Assembly: GCA_050010515.1 (NCBI GenBank)
Contig: JBEKKX010000036.1
Coordinates: forward strand, 1 to 25,940
Length of the DNA stretch: 25,940 nt
Reading direction: 5' to 3'
Source of the DNA: Candidatus Bathyarchaeia archaeon
Lineage (GTDB): Archaea; Thermoproteota; Bathyarchaeia; Bathyarchaeales; Bathycorpusculaceae
The stretch's first letter is position 1. The number at the start of each line of letters is the position of its first letter. Below the pieces are notes generated by a model. The model worked only from the letters and a program-made list of their open reading frames with translations. It was not told the DNA's origin and did not search any database. Below are positions 1 through 8,422 of this stretch, one piece after another. The translations under genes and the position numbers were made by a program.

Positions 1-1556
1 GACTGGTTGTGTTCTGGATACGGAATTGTTGAGGCACAAATTCCTAGAATCGTGTAAGTGGCTATTTCCACATGGGTGTTTTGAGGGTTAATTGCGTCAA
101 AGGTTAAGGCGATGTATGCGTTTTCTTCTTCTTCAGCGTCCAAATACTCGATTAAACCATTCTTGACTACGTCTTCCCAAGTCCACTCACCTAAACCGAT
201 CTTTTCAAAATGTTTAGGCTGAAGTTTTGAAGCCCCATTCTCAACAATTATGAGTGGGCGCCTGACTCTGCCCTCGTCACAGTTAGCATGTACTTCTTCG
301 GTTTCAGTTTGCTGTCTTGAGAAGTATGTTACGTTTACTTCGGTTGAGATTTCTCCAGCTCGTCTTTTCTCTCGGAAAGACTTCACCATTTCCTGCGGGT
401 TATTGCAGTAGCCTATGATGTTTCCGTCAACGAAAACTTTTGCGCCTGAAATACGTAAATCGCGGCTGGCTTCTGCTGCTGGAACAGCACCCATTTCAAA
501 AAGTAACTGCTTAACTCTATCAGGATTTACACCAACGGCTATGGAAGCTGAGAGCGCTAAGTTCTTGACTAAGCCACAGTTAGAGCCTTCAGGGGTTTCG
601 TTTGGACATAAGCGTCCCCAATGAGTTGGGTGTAAGTCTCTGGCTTCGAAGTTTGGTTGGCTTCTGCTCAATGGCGACTGAAGCCTACGCAAGTGACTTA
701 GAGTTGAGATATAGTTTGTTCGGTCTAAAAGCTGGGTGATACCGACTCTGCCTCTTCCCCAGTTGCCCGTTGCCAACGCATGCTGAAAACGTTCAGTAAT
801 TATGCCAGAGCGAACAGCGACTGAAACAGTTATGATTGGTCCTTTAACGCCTATACGTTCAAGCTGGTACTTTATGTCCCTTATCAAGTTTCTGAATGAT
901 ACGCGGAAGAGGTCTGCGAGAAGTGGACCACCGAGGCGCAAACGTTTGTTCTTGAAATGGTCTTTGTCGTCAGGTTGCCTTCTACCCGTTTTCAACTGCA
1001 AAACTCTGTAGGCCATTTCGCCTAGGAAAATTGCTTTTTCCTTTCGGTTCTTTTCGCTTCTGCCTAAGTGTGGCAAGAAGTTTTTGTCAATGGCAGTCTC
1101 AGCTTTCTGTAAACGGTACTCTTCAACTTGCCCGTGGGCTACACGGTTACCAATGAATAGGATTGCGTCTGCAGGTGTGTCTACACCAATGGCTTTTTCA
1201 AATGAAGAGGCAAGTTGGCTTTGCATTTCGCTGTCAAGTGAGACTGCTTCTGCAATGTCTTTGTCTTTTTCAAGGCTTAAGGCGCGCATTATGACAACAA
1301 ACGGGATTTCTGTAGGTACTCCAGGCATGGTGACGTAGATGGCGTCGTCTGATTTGAGTTTAAGTTCAATTCGTGCCCTAAAGCCAACGGTGGTTGAAAA
1401 AATTTTTGCTTGATAAACAGGTGAGGTTCCTTTCTCGTCAATGTCTACAATTACGCGGTTAGGCGCCAGGTCTTCCATGGCGACAATGACGCGTTCAGAA
1501 CCGTTAACAACAAAGTATCCGCCTTGGTCATCAGGGTCTTCTCCAGCCGCAATAAG
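1..1556 (-). CDS. rpoB: DNA-directed RNA polymerase subunit B (Rpo2), main reading frame downstream of the lesion; runs off the window start
   Basis: Manual translation of the minus strand from 1556: LIAAGEDPDDQGGYFVVNGSERVIVAMEDLAPNR...DKDHFKNKRLRLGGPL...LQHALATGNWGRGRVGITQLLDRTNYISTLSHLRR...EARDLHPTHWGRLCPNETPEGSNCGLVKNLAL...IPYPEHNQ. These are hallmark RpoB motifs, in the same frame at both ends. Absent from the ORF track, probably because there is no stop in the window. Confidence 0.97.
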
Positions 1557-1896
1557 CGATGACAGGCGTCATTTCCAAAGCTATAGGCGCCGAGTACGCT
1601 AAATTGCGCAGTCGGGCTTCCATCGGGTAAATTTCATGTTTTGTACCGTCCACTTCGGTTACATATGGGCTGGTTATTCTTGATTGAGGGTCAATTACCC
1701 ATATTTGCCCAAGTTTCACTTTGTATGGATTTTCTGGAACTTCAATGGGGATTTCGGCGACTTCATCACATACTTCTTGTAAGCCATGGTCGATGAACTC
1801 GTTGTAACTGTCAAGGTGTTGGCGCACTAAGCCTTTCTCGCTGAAAAAAGTTTTCAATAACTCATGAATATCTTCTTTTTGTATGAGGCTGGTCAA
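1531..1896 (-). CDS. rpoB: RNA polymerase subunit B N-terminal fragment (out of frame with the rest of rpoB)
   Basis: GLVRQHLDSYNEFI and YPMEARLRNLAYSAPI motifs of the RpoB N-terminus; TTG start with GGAG upstream; homology ends at ...EMTPVI (1558), after which the frame runs to a TGA at 1531. Confidence 0.93.
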   Translation of the reverse strand: MTSLIQKEDIHELLKTFFSEKGLVRQHLDSYNEFIDHGLQEVCDEVAEIPIEVPENPYKVKLGQIWVIDPQSRITSPYVTEVDGTKHEIYPMEARLRNLAYSAPIALEMTPVIAYCGWRRP

Positions 1897-2030
1897 TTTA
1901 CCAATTCTCCATAAATTTTAAGTTTTTGTGATTTAGCTAAGCGTGTTTCTTTCAAACTTTCGACTCCTTCGATACGTGGATCATCCAACTTGAAAAAGGA
2001 TTCTGCTAACTTTTCTAAGAGCACAAACAC
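1893..2030 (-). CDS. Small hypothetical protein (45 aa) overlapping the rpoB start
   Basis: GTG at 2030 to TGA at 1895-1893: VFVLLEKLAESFFKLDDPRIEGVESLKETRLAKSQKLKIYGELVN. The stop overlaps the rpoB TTG start (TTGA). No family recognised. Confidence 0.4.
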   Translation of the reverse strand: MFVLLEKLAESFFKLDDPRIEGVESLKETRLAKSQKLKIYGELVN

Positions 2031-2224
2031 ATGCTACATAGCTCACTAATAAACCTTATTATTCATATTCAGGCTAAAATGAAGGTCCGATAAACTTTCA
2101 TAGAGCCAAAGCTTCAGAAAAACTTTGCGAAGTTGCCGTTGCATGAAGCAAAAAGCGAAAGAAAGGCAAAAAGTCAAGCGTTAGCTAAAACTGGTTTTTT
2201 TGGTGTAAATTTTTGTGGAAATCG

Positions 2225-2277
2225 GGTTTTGTAGAATTTTTAGTTGCGACTTTGTGGTTTTGTATAGTTGCGACTTT
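2225..2277. repeat. Imperfect tandem duplication GGTTTTGTA...TAGTTGCGACTTT x2
   Basis: GGTTTTGTA at 2225-2233 and 2256-2264; TAGTTGCGACTTT at 2241-2253 and 2265-2277. Confidence 0.7.
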
Positions 2278-2336
2278 TAGCTTAGTCTAATTATTGGGAT
2301 GCCCACGCTTCTAAAGCAACGGCGCTATCAAAAAAG

Positions 2337-2558
2337 TCAGCTGCCAAACGTTGCCTCTCCAGAATCCAAGAACGCTTCTTTGCCCCACCTTCGATGGCTA
2401 CCATCAACCTGCAACGGCTCAGGAAGGATAGGCTTTAGAACTAAGAAGCCGCCCTCACAGACTAAGTCAAATTCGATGCCACCTATCAAGCCGAGCCTCT
2501 TTCGCTCATCTATAGGAATAAGAATCCTGCCCTGTTTATCCATCTTAACTCTTACCAA
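2337..2558 (-). CDS. AbrB/MazE/SpoVT family DNA-binding protein
   Basis: VKMDKQGRILIPIDERKRLGL swapped-hairpin motif. The likely start is TTG 2558 rather than the ORF-track start at 2624. Confidence 0.8.
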   Translation of the reverse strand: MVRVKMDKQGRILIPIDERKRLGLIGGIEFDLVCEGGFLVLKPILPEPLQVDGSHRRWGKEAFLDSGEATFGS

Positions 2559-2671
2559 CAGTATGCAACCACTACATAATACATTAAAAGCCAGATAAGA
2601 GTAAAACTTTTTTGGTCCCATCAACTACTAATATTATTCTGCAAAAGCGCTACGCTCAAAGGCGAACAAAA

Positions 2672-3001
2672 ATGCCGTCACTTAAAGATTCCAAAGACGC
2701 CGAAGAATACGCCACTCGAGGACCGCTTGCAAGCATATTTAGCGGACCAGTAGCACGCTTCCTTGACCAAGCCCTAATCGTTGGAAACATGGAACAAACC
2801 ATATCCATTCTGGCTGAATCAACAAACCAGTCCTACAAGACAACCAAAGCAGCACTCGAAAAACTTGAAAAAATGGGGTTTGTTGCCCAAACAAGAAAAA
2901 TAGGAAACGCCCAAGCATACAAATTCCAAATCGAAAACCACCTTAACGGATTGCTGGCATGCGGCGCAGAATTTCAGCGAAACCGTCGGACATTTAGATA
3001 A
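2672..3001 (+). CDS. Winged helix-turn-helix protein
   Basis: TISILAESTNQSYKTTKAALEKLEKMGFVAQTRKIGNAQAYKF reads as HTH plus wing; ATG at 2672. Confidence 0.75.
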   Translation: MPSLKDSKDAEEYATRGPLASIFSGPVARFLDQALIVGNMEQTISILAESTNQSYKTTKAALEKLEKMGFVAQTRKIGNAQAYKFQIENHLNGLLACGAEFQRNRRTFR

Positions 3002-3161
3002 AAAAGATTGATTCGATTTATTTGCTCGGTTCATTAAATATTGATAATCACTAGCGGCTTTGCCACTGCTTTTGTCTAAGTGAAAAAAACGGGATTTATT
3101 ACTATGATTAAAAGCATAAAACAGATTACGGATTAATGATAAGTATATTTGGTAGAAGTGT

Positions 3162-3488
3162 ATGAGCGAGGTTGTCTTTGAAGTCGTCTCGAAACTTTCA
3201 AAAAAGATTGCTTTGACAACAAAGGGGTATGAACATATTTCTGAAAGGCATCCTGAGGTTTCGGGGGAGTTCGAGAAGATGAAGGAGACGCTGGTTAACC
3301 CACGAATAATCCGAAAGAGTATGTATGACGACAAGGTTTGGTTGTTCTATAGGCTATTTAGTAAGACACCTGTCAGTCGGAAATATTTAATGGTTAGTGT
3401 GAGATTATTCAATAACAAAGGAATTGTGATTACGAGCTACTTCACAGACAAAATAAAGATGGGTGACGAAATTTGGAGGGAAGAATAA
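3162..3488 (+). CDS. Putative BECR-fold (RelE/DUF4258/PBECR-like) RNase toxin
   Basis: EHISERHPE...TLVNP...LFYR...YLMVSV...IVITSYFT pattern; basic 108-aa protein overlapping a DUF2283-like gene. Confidence 0.65.
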   Translation: MSEVVFEVVSKLSKKIALTTKGYEHISERHPEVSGEFEKMKETLVNPRIIRKSMYDDKVWLFYRLFSKTPVSRKYLMVSVRLFNNKGIVITSYFTDKIKMGDEIWREE

Positions 3489-3709
3489 ACTTCTTCTTTG
3501 ACGAAGAAAGCGATGTATTAGACATTACCATCGGAGAGCCTAAAAAAGCTGTAGCAAAAGAACTCAAGAATGACATCGCTGTCAGATGTGACCCTGCGAC
3601 AGGTGAAATAGTTGGAATAGTAATATTGAATTTCAGAAAAAGATTTGAAGGAAAAAATAAACCCGAGAAAATCGACCTACCCCTCAACATCACCATAACA
3701 CCAAGCTAA
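3473..3709 (+). CDS. DUF2283 family protein (putative antitoxin)
   Basis: FDEESDVLDITIG...DPATGEIVGIVILNF is typical of DUF2283; 16-nt overlap with the upstream gene. Confidence 0.8.
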   Translation: MEGRINFFFDEESDVLDITIGEPKKAVAKELKNDIAVRCDPATGEIVGIVILNFRKRFEGKNKPEKIDLPLNITITPS

Positions 3710-3844
3710 CAACTTTTCAATCAAGCTTCAAGTTCTGTACGTTCAATAATAGTTTTGTTTTAAGGGAATTTTATCTCAATATGCGGCGCTGAATTCCAAA
3801 GAAACCGAACAGACATCTAAAAATTCGGAACCTGAAACGTGGCT

Positions 3845-4732
3845 TTACCGTTTGATTATCTTCACATCTGTGTCCTTGTTGTCGTTATTTCCTGTTTTTT
3901 TGGTTAAGATTGGTAGCAGGTTTTGGTCTGTTTCATACCCGACGCTGTTGCGTTCATTTTGCATGGCAATTTTTGCTGTTGTTCCTGAGCCTAGGAAGGG
4001 ATCTAGAACGGTGTCGCCTTTGATGCTGAACATTTTGATTAGGCGGTCGGCGATTTCGTCTGGGTAGGCTGCAGTTCTTCGTTCCAGCTGGCTTGCGGTT
4101 TGGCGTGTTCCCTTCAGCGTCCAGATTTGGCTGAACCATTCGTCGCGCTGGGGCTTGGTGAAGGCGCTGTCGTATCGCGTTTGGTCGTGGGGTGGGAATT
4201 TTCGGAGGCTGCCTTTCCTGAAAAGCAGGATGAATTCGCAGTCAAGCGTGACATAGGCATTTGGCGGCAGAAAACCTGAGCCTAAAAAGGCGCCTTTTCC
4301 TTTGTATTTTGGTTTGGTTGTGGGTTTTTTCCATAGAATGTATGGGAGTGTGGTGAAGCCGATTTTTTCGCAAATCTCAGTTATTCTGGCGTGGTTGGGG
4401 TAGAGCTTGAATTTTCCGTTAAGGGTGCGTGTTGCGTCGCCGATGTTTATGCACGCTATGCCCCCGTCAACGAGAACACGCCAAGTTTCCTCCCAAACCT
4501 TAGCGAGATAATCATGCATGGCATCGTAGATTTGCCTCACGGTTTCTTCTCGGCTGTCCGTTTCCAGTTTGCGCCATAACTCTGCAATTTTTGGGTTTGC
4601 TTTGGCGAAGAGAATGTCCCACATTTGTATCATGGGGTAAGGCGGCGAAGTAACCATTAGCTGGATGCTGCCGTCTTGGAGTTCGGGCATTGTTTGGCTG
4701 TTGCCGAGGATTATTTTGTGCTCCGTATGCAT
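3845..4732 (-). CDS. Site-specific DNA methyltransferase, beta class (N4-C/N6-A; SPPY suggests m4C)
   Basis: Catalytic motif IV VTSPPY near the N-terminus and SAM-binding motif I VLDPFLGSGTT near the C-terminus (beta order). Confidence 0.92.
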   Translation of the reverse strand: MHTEHKIILGNSQTMPELQDGSIQLMVTSPPYPMIQMWDILFAKANPKIAELWRKLETDSREETVRQIYDAMHDYLAKVWEETWRVLVDGGIACINIGDATRTLNGKFKLYPNHARITEICEKIGFTTLPYILWKKPTTKPKYKGKGAFLGSGFLPPNAYVTLDCEFILLFRKGSLRKFPPHDQTRYDSAFTKPQRDEWFSQIWTLKGTRQTASQLERRTAAYPDEIADRLIKMFSIKGDTVLDPFLGSGTTAKIAMQNERNSVGYETDQNLLPILTKKTGNNDNKDTDVKIIKR

Positions 4733-4779
4733 GCGTGTTCCCTATTGTATCGTTGATGCAGCGTTTTTACTTTTGCGGT

Positions 4780-4804
4780 GATGGAAATGATTAATGAGAA
4801 AGAA
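4780..4804 (+). promoter_or_regulatory. BRE/TATA-like promoter of pepF; copy 1 of a 25-nt direct repeat
   Basis: GATGGAAATGATTAATGAGAAAGAA; 23/25 identical to 6635-6659; about 40 nt upstream of ATG 4835. Confidence 0.6.
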
Positions 4805-4834
4805 ATGTTTTATTCTTACTGAAAGGCGAAAGAA

Positions 4835-6622
4835 ATGACCAACAAGGAACAGGAAGTCACATGGGACCTAACGGAGCTTTTCCCCAGCATCAACGATGCT
4901 TCCGTTGAAAAAGCAATTAATGAAGCAAAAGCTTTGGCGGACGCTTTCGAGAAGTCATACCGAGGAAAAATAGCCTCTCTTGACCCAGCCAGTCTGCTGC
5001 AGTGCATTCGAGAACTGGAGGCTTTTGAAGTTGAACTGGGCGACGTATCGCTTTTTGCAGGCTTATCTTTTTCAGCTAACATGACACTGCCCAAGACGCA
5101 GGCGCTATACGATAAGGTGAGCAAGTTTGAGGCGCAACTGGGTAAGCAGCTAGCTTTCTTCTCGCTGGAACTCGGCACGCTCGTTAAAGCTAAACCCGAG
5201 TTGATTGCGGAGCCAGTTTTGGCTGTGTACAGGCATATGCTGGAGCGTGTGCAACGTCGCGTGGCTCACCAGTTGACGGAGGTAGAGGAGCAGCTTATCA
5301 TCGAAAAGGACCAGTTCGGCGTTCAAGCTTGGGAGGAACTGCAGAGCAAATGGCTCAACACCCGCATGTTCGACGTTACCGTCCTGGGCGAGAAGAAGAC
5401 TCTTAGTTACGGCGTAGCGAACGGGTTGCTGCCGCATCCTGATAGGGCAACAAGGGAATCCGCGAACCGCTCGATTTACGGTTTGCTTGGCAGAGACGGC
5501 GAAATCTTCGCTTCAGCCCTGCGCAGCATCTGCAACGACTGGGTCACCGTTTCTCAGCGCAGAAAATACGCTTCACCTATGGAGTCGAGCCTCATAAGCA
5601 ATGATACGGAACAGGCGATAGTTGAGAATTTGCTAGGGGCAATACAGGACAACGCGGGCACATATCGCCGTTATCTGAAACTGAAAGCTAAACTCATGAA
5701 CCTGCCCATTCTGGGAAACCATGACATCGTCGCGCCCCTGCCAGATGCGCCTGAACTCAAGTTTACCTTTGAAGGAGCCCAAAACCTCGTCGAGCGGGCA
5801 TACAGCCGCTTCGATGAAGAATACGCCACCGCGGTTCGGGAAATGTTTGCGAAACGCCGCATCGATGCCACGCCCAGATTTGGCAAACGCAACGGCGCGT
5901 TCTGTGCAAGCTGGTACAGGGGCAAATCCGCTTTTGTTCTTGACAGCTTCAATGGCACCCTCAGCGATGTTTACACGTTAGCACACGAGTTGGGACATGC
6001 CACCCATGACTACTATGTCTCCCGCAGTCAAACCATCATGAATACAAGCATTCCGTCTATTGTGGCGGAGACTGCGTCGATTTTCGGTGAGCTATTGCTT
6101 ACGGATTTGCTGCTGGATGAGGCAAAGTCGGATGCGCAACGCAAAGCCGTTCTCTGCCTGGTTCTAGACGAGGTAGGCATGACGGCGTTCCAAGTCACCG
6201 CACGCGTCTGGTTCGAGCAGGCACTCTACAACTCCATTCAGCATGGCGAATACCTGGATTACAAGACTATCTGCAGCCACTGGACGGGGGCGCGGGACCG
6301 CATCTTCGGCGACGCAGTCACCTGGTTCCCCGAAATGGAAGCTGAATGGACCATGAAACCGCACTATTACATGGCGAACTACCGCTTCTACAACTACCCC
6401 TACGTCTACGCCCAAATGTTCGTTTACGCCCTCTACGAGCGGTACCTACAGGAGGGCAAAGCATTTGTGCCAAAGCTGGAATCGGCGTTGTCGGCAGGCA
6501 GCAGCGTGTCGCCGCTGGAAATCGGCAAAATCGTCGGCTTAAACGTGGCAGCACCCGACTTCTGGAAAAGCGGCTTAAAAGTGTTTGAACGCTTCATCGT
6601 TGACTTAGAAAAAGTCATCTAA
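4835..6622 (+). CDS. pepF: Oligoendopeptidase F (peptidase M3B)
   Basis: N-terminal WDLTELF, GKRNGAFC, HELGHATH zinc motif, downstream AETASIFGE, C-terminal PHYY...FYNYPY. Confidence 0.95.
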   Translation: MTNKEQEVTWDLTELFPSINDASVEKAINEAKALADAFEKSYRGKIASLDPASLLQCIRELEAFEVELGDVSLFAGLSFSANMTLPKTQALYDKVSKFEAQLGKQLAFFSLELGTLVKAKPELIAEPVLAVYRHMLERVQRRVAHQLTEVEEQLIIEKDQFGVQAWEELQSKWLNTRMFDVTVLGEKKTLSYGVANGLLPHPDRATRESANRSIYGLLGRDGEIFASALRSICNDWVTVSQRRKYASPMESSLISNDTEQAIVENLLGAIQDNAGTYRRYLKLKAKLMNLPILGNHDIVAPLPDAPELKFTFEGAQNLVERAYSRFDEEYATAVREMFAKRRIDATPRFGKRNGAFCASWYRGKSAFVLDSFNGTLSDVYTLAHELGHATHDYYVSRSQTIMNTSIPSIVAETASIFGELLLTDLLLDEAKSDAQRKAVLCLVLDEVGMTAFQVTARVWFEQALYNSIQHGEYLDYKTICSHWTGARDRIFGDAVTWFPEMEAEWTMKPHYYMANYRFYNYPYVYAQMFVYALYERYLQEGKAFVPKLESALSAGSSVSPLEIGKIVGLNVAAPDFWKSGLKVFERFIVDLEKVI

Positions 6623-6634
6623 CCTGTAGCAAAG

Positions 6635-6659
6635 GATGGAAATGATTAATAAGACAGAA
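6635..6659 (+). promoter_or_regulatory. BRE/TATA-like promoter of tRNA-Leu; copy 2 of the 25-nt direct repeat
   Basis: GATGGAAATGATTAATAAGACAGAA, about 35 nt upstream of tRNA G1 (6684). Confidence 0.6.
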
Positions 6660-6683
6660 CCCAGACAATTTTAGCTACACTGT

Positions 6684-6804
6684 GCTGCGGTAACCAAGCC
6701 AGGTCAAAGGTGAAGGACTCAAGATCGACGCTTTGACTTGAGCGCCCGAATGGGAAATCCTTTCCCGTAGGGGTTCGCAGGTTCGAATCCTGCCCGCAGC
6801 ACCA
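6684..6804 (+). tRNA. tRNA-Leu(CAA) with 33-nt intron at canonical position 37/38 (intron 6724-6756); CCA encoded
   Basis: Acceptor GCTGCGG/CCGCAGC + A + CCA; D-arm ACC...GGT; anticodon stem AAGGA/TCCTT with CT-CAA-G; long variable arm; T-arm GCAGG-TTCGAAT-CCTGC; BHB-like central helix CTCA/TGGG with 3-nt bulges AGA and AAA. Confidence 0.95.
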
Positions 6805-6992
6805 AATAGCCCTATTTTGGACCTGTTTTACAATTTAAAGCGTAAATTGCGCTGACCCTAATTAATTTCAGATTAATGAGAAAGAGAAAAAGATCAATCC
6901 AAATTTTGTAACTTGATCTTAAAAAAAGAAAAGATGGCTAGAGGGGTTCAGGAGACGAACCAATTAGTCGATATAGGTATGTCGGCTTTTGT

Positions 6993-7433
6993 CTAAGCCA
7001 TGGTTTTAGCTAATTTCTCGCCTAGTTGTTTTGCTTGTTGTTTATCGGTTTCTGAAATTTTGTTACCGATGGCTAGTCCGGGCAGAATCAGCTTTGGGTT
7101 GAAAGCTTTGAGAATGCTCTCGATGTTTGCGGTAGTCTTCGTTTGGCTTCCAGCTCCAGTTGCGAATGCAACCATAGGTTTGCCAGCTAATTTTTCGCGT
7201 ACAAAGTAAAGTTCTGTAAGCAAAGTCAGCAATGGACCTGACATCATGCTAAAGTATGCTGGCGACCCAAATGCGAATCCGTCAGCTTCAACTGCTTCTT
7301 TTACACTGATATCTTCAACCTTTTTTATTTCAACATTGACGCCTTTGACGCTTTTCGCGCCCTCGGCTATGGCTTCAGCAACTTGTTTGGTGTTTCCAGT
7401 CTTAGAATAATATGCAACTAACACTTTTGGCAC
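6993..7433 (-). CDS. Flavodoxin family protein (WrbA-like)
   Basis: VLVAYYSKTGNTKQVAEAIAEGA FMN-binding loop and FGSPAYF; likely GTG start at 7433 after GGAGG. Confidence 0.9.
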   Translation of the reverse strand: MPKVLVAYYSKTGNTKQVAEAIAEGAKSVKGVNVEIKKVEDISVKEAVEADGFAFGSPAYFSMMSGPLLTLLTELYFVREKLAGKPMVAFATGAGSQTKTTANIESILKAFNPKLILPGLAIGNKISETDKQQAKQLGEKLAKTMA

Positions 7434-7508
7434 ATAAATACCTCCTATTTCATGATACAAAACAAACAGAATAGTTTTATATACTTTTAGCGAGCGCTAG
7501 TTGAGGGT

Positions 7509-7682
7509 ATGTCGGGAGAATTTGAAAAACAAATAAAAAAATATGGCTCTTAACGAAAAACAAAAAAGGAAATAAATGAAATTATTAACAAAGCTGGAGA
7601 AGAGTTCCCTTGTTTATCCTGTACTTCAAAGGATGAATGCAACAATTTTAACTGGTTCAAAAAATGGTTTACCAACAAGTAG
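7509..7682 (+). pseudogene. Interrupted small Cys-containing protein
   Basis: MSGEFEKQIKKYGS*RKTKKEINEIINKAGEEFPCLSCTSKDECNNFNWFKKWFTNK; in-frame TAA at 7551 lies between two A-runs; GAGG upstream of the ATG. Confidence 0.5.
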
Positions 7683-7747
7683 CTACCTTATATAAAAGAA
7701 AGACCAAATTTAAGTTGAAATCTATTTTCTGACTACAACTCATGAAC

Positions 7748-7858
7748 ATGTCTGCACCGAAAAAGACAGCGCAAGGCAAATGGCGTTGGCCTAATGACAA
7801 CACAGAATAAGACACCGAGGAAGACTATGAGGCACACTGCAGAGAAGAGCACATGTAA
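7748..7858 (+). pseudogene. Interrupted C2H2-zinc-finger-like microprotein
   Basis: MSAPKKTAQGKWRWPNDNTE*DTEEDYEAHCREEHM; resembles W-x-C-x2-D-x3-Y-x5-Y-x2-H-x4-H with Cys->Trp (TGG) and Tyr->TAA (7808). Confidence 0.45.
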
Positions 7859-7908
7859 ACAAACTAATTAAAGGGATTAAAAATGGAGCAGAGAACTCTT
7901 GCCCTTTT

Positions 7909-8418
7909 TTACTGCTTGTTTTCTTTCTCGTCTGGCTCTTGGAAGAGTCTCTTGATTGCGCTGATTCTTGCTTTCTGCGCCAGCACGTCGCTTGTGACTA
8001 GTGTTAATGCTTCTTCAGGGCACCATTTGATGCATTGTGGGCCGTCGGCTTTTTCTTTGCATAGGTCGCAGACGTAGACTACTTTGGTTTCAGGATGCAG
8101 CATTATGGCGCCGTAGTCGCATGCTTCGATGCACCAACCGCAGCCGTTGCATTTGTCTGGGTCAAGGGTTATTGTTCCTGTTTCTTCTGACTGAGTAAGT
8201 GCGTCTCTTGGGCAAGCTGCTACGCAAGCTGGATCTTCGCAGAGTCTGCATGTAACCGACATGTTGGCTAACTGGTTAATGCGCACAACACGGATGCGTG
8301 ATTTAAGCGGGTTGAAGGCTTTCTCCTTCGTGAATGAGCAAGCGTACTCGCAGACTTGGCAGCCTACGCATTTTTCTGGGTCAACGGAAACAAATTTTCT
8401 ATCGTGAATCTTCACCAT
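7909..8418 (-). CDS. 4Fe-4S dicluster (DmsB/CooF-like) electron-transfer subunit
   Basis: CVGCQVCEYAC, CRLCEDPACVAACP, CNGCGWCIEAC, CDLC...PQCIKWCP; directly downstream of the AOR gene. Confidence 0.93.
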   Translation of the reverse strand: MVKIHDRKFVSVDPEKCVGCQVCEYACSFTKEKAFNPLKSRIRVVRINQLANMSVTCRLCEDPACVAACPRDALTQSEETGTITLDPDKCNGCGWCIEACDYGAIMLHPETKVVYVCDLCKEKADGPQCIKWCPEEALTLVTSDVLAQKARISAIKRLFQEPDEKENKQ

Positions 8419-8422
8419 TTTT

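Noticed and set aside
415-1338. Plus-strand ORFs of 69-84 aa
   Set aside because: Antisense shadows of rpoB.
1531-1896. Natural B''/B' split of rpoB, an intron, or a programmed frameshift
   Set aside because: The known euryarchaeal split lies near the middle of the protein, and here conserved sequence is missing rather than inserted, so splicing or frameshifting could not restore it.
2225-2277. Possible mini-CRISPR
   Set aside because: Only two short imperfect units, no spacer-length gap and no cas genes.
6805-6990. Integrated element at the tRNA-Leu 3' end; inverted repeat AAGATCAA/TTGATCTT (6890-6920)
   Set aside because: No duplicate of the tRNA 3' end and no integrase seen in the window; the AT-rich 8-bp repeat is weak evidence.
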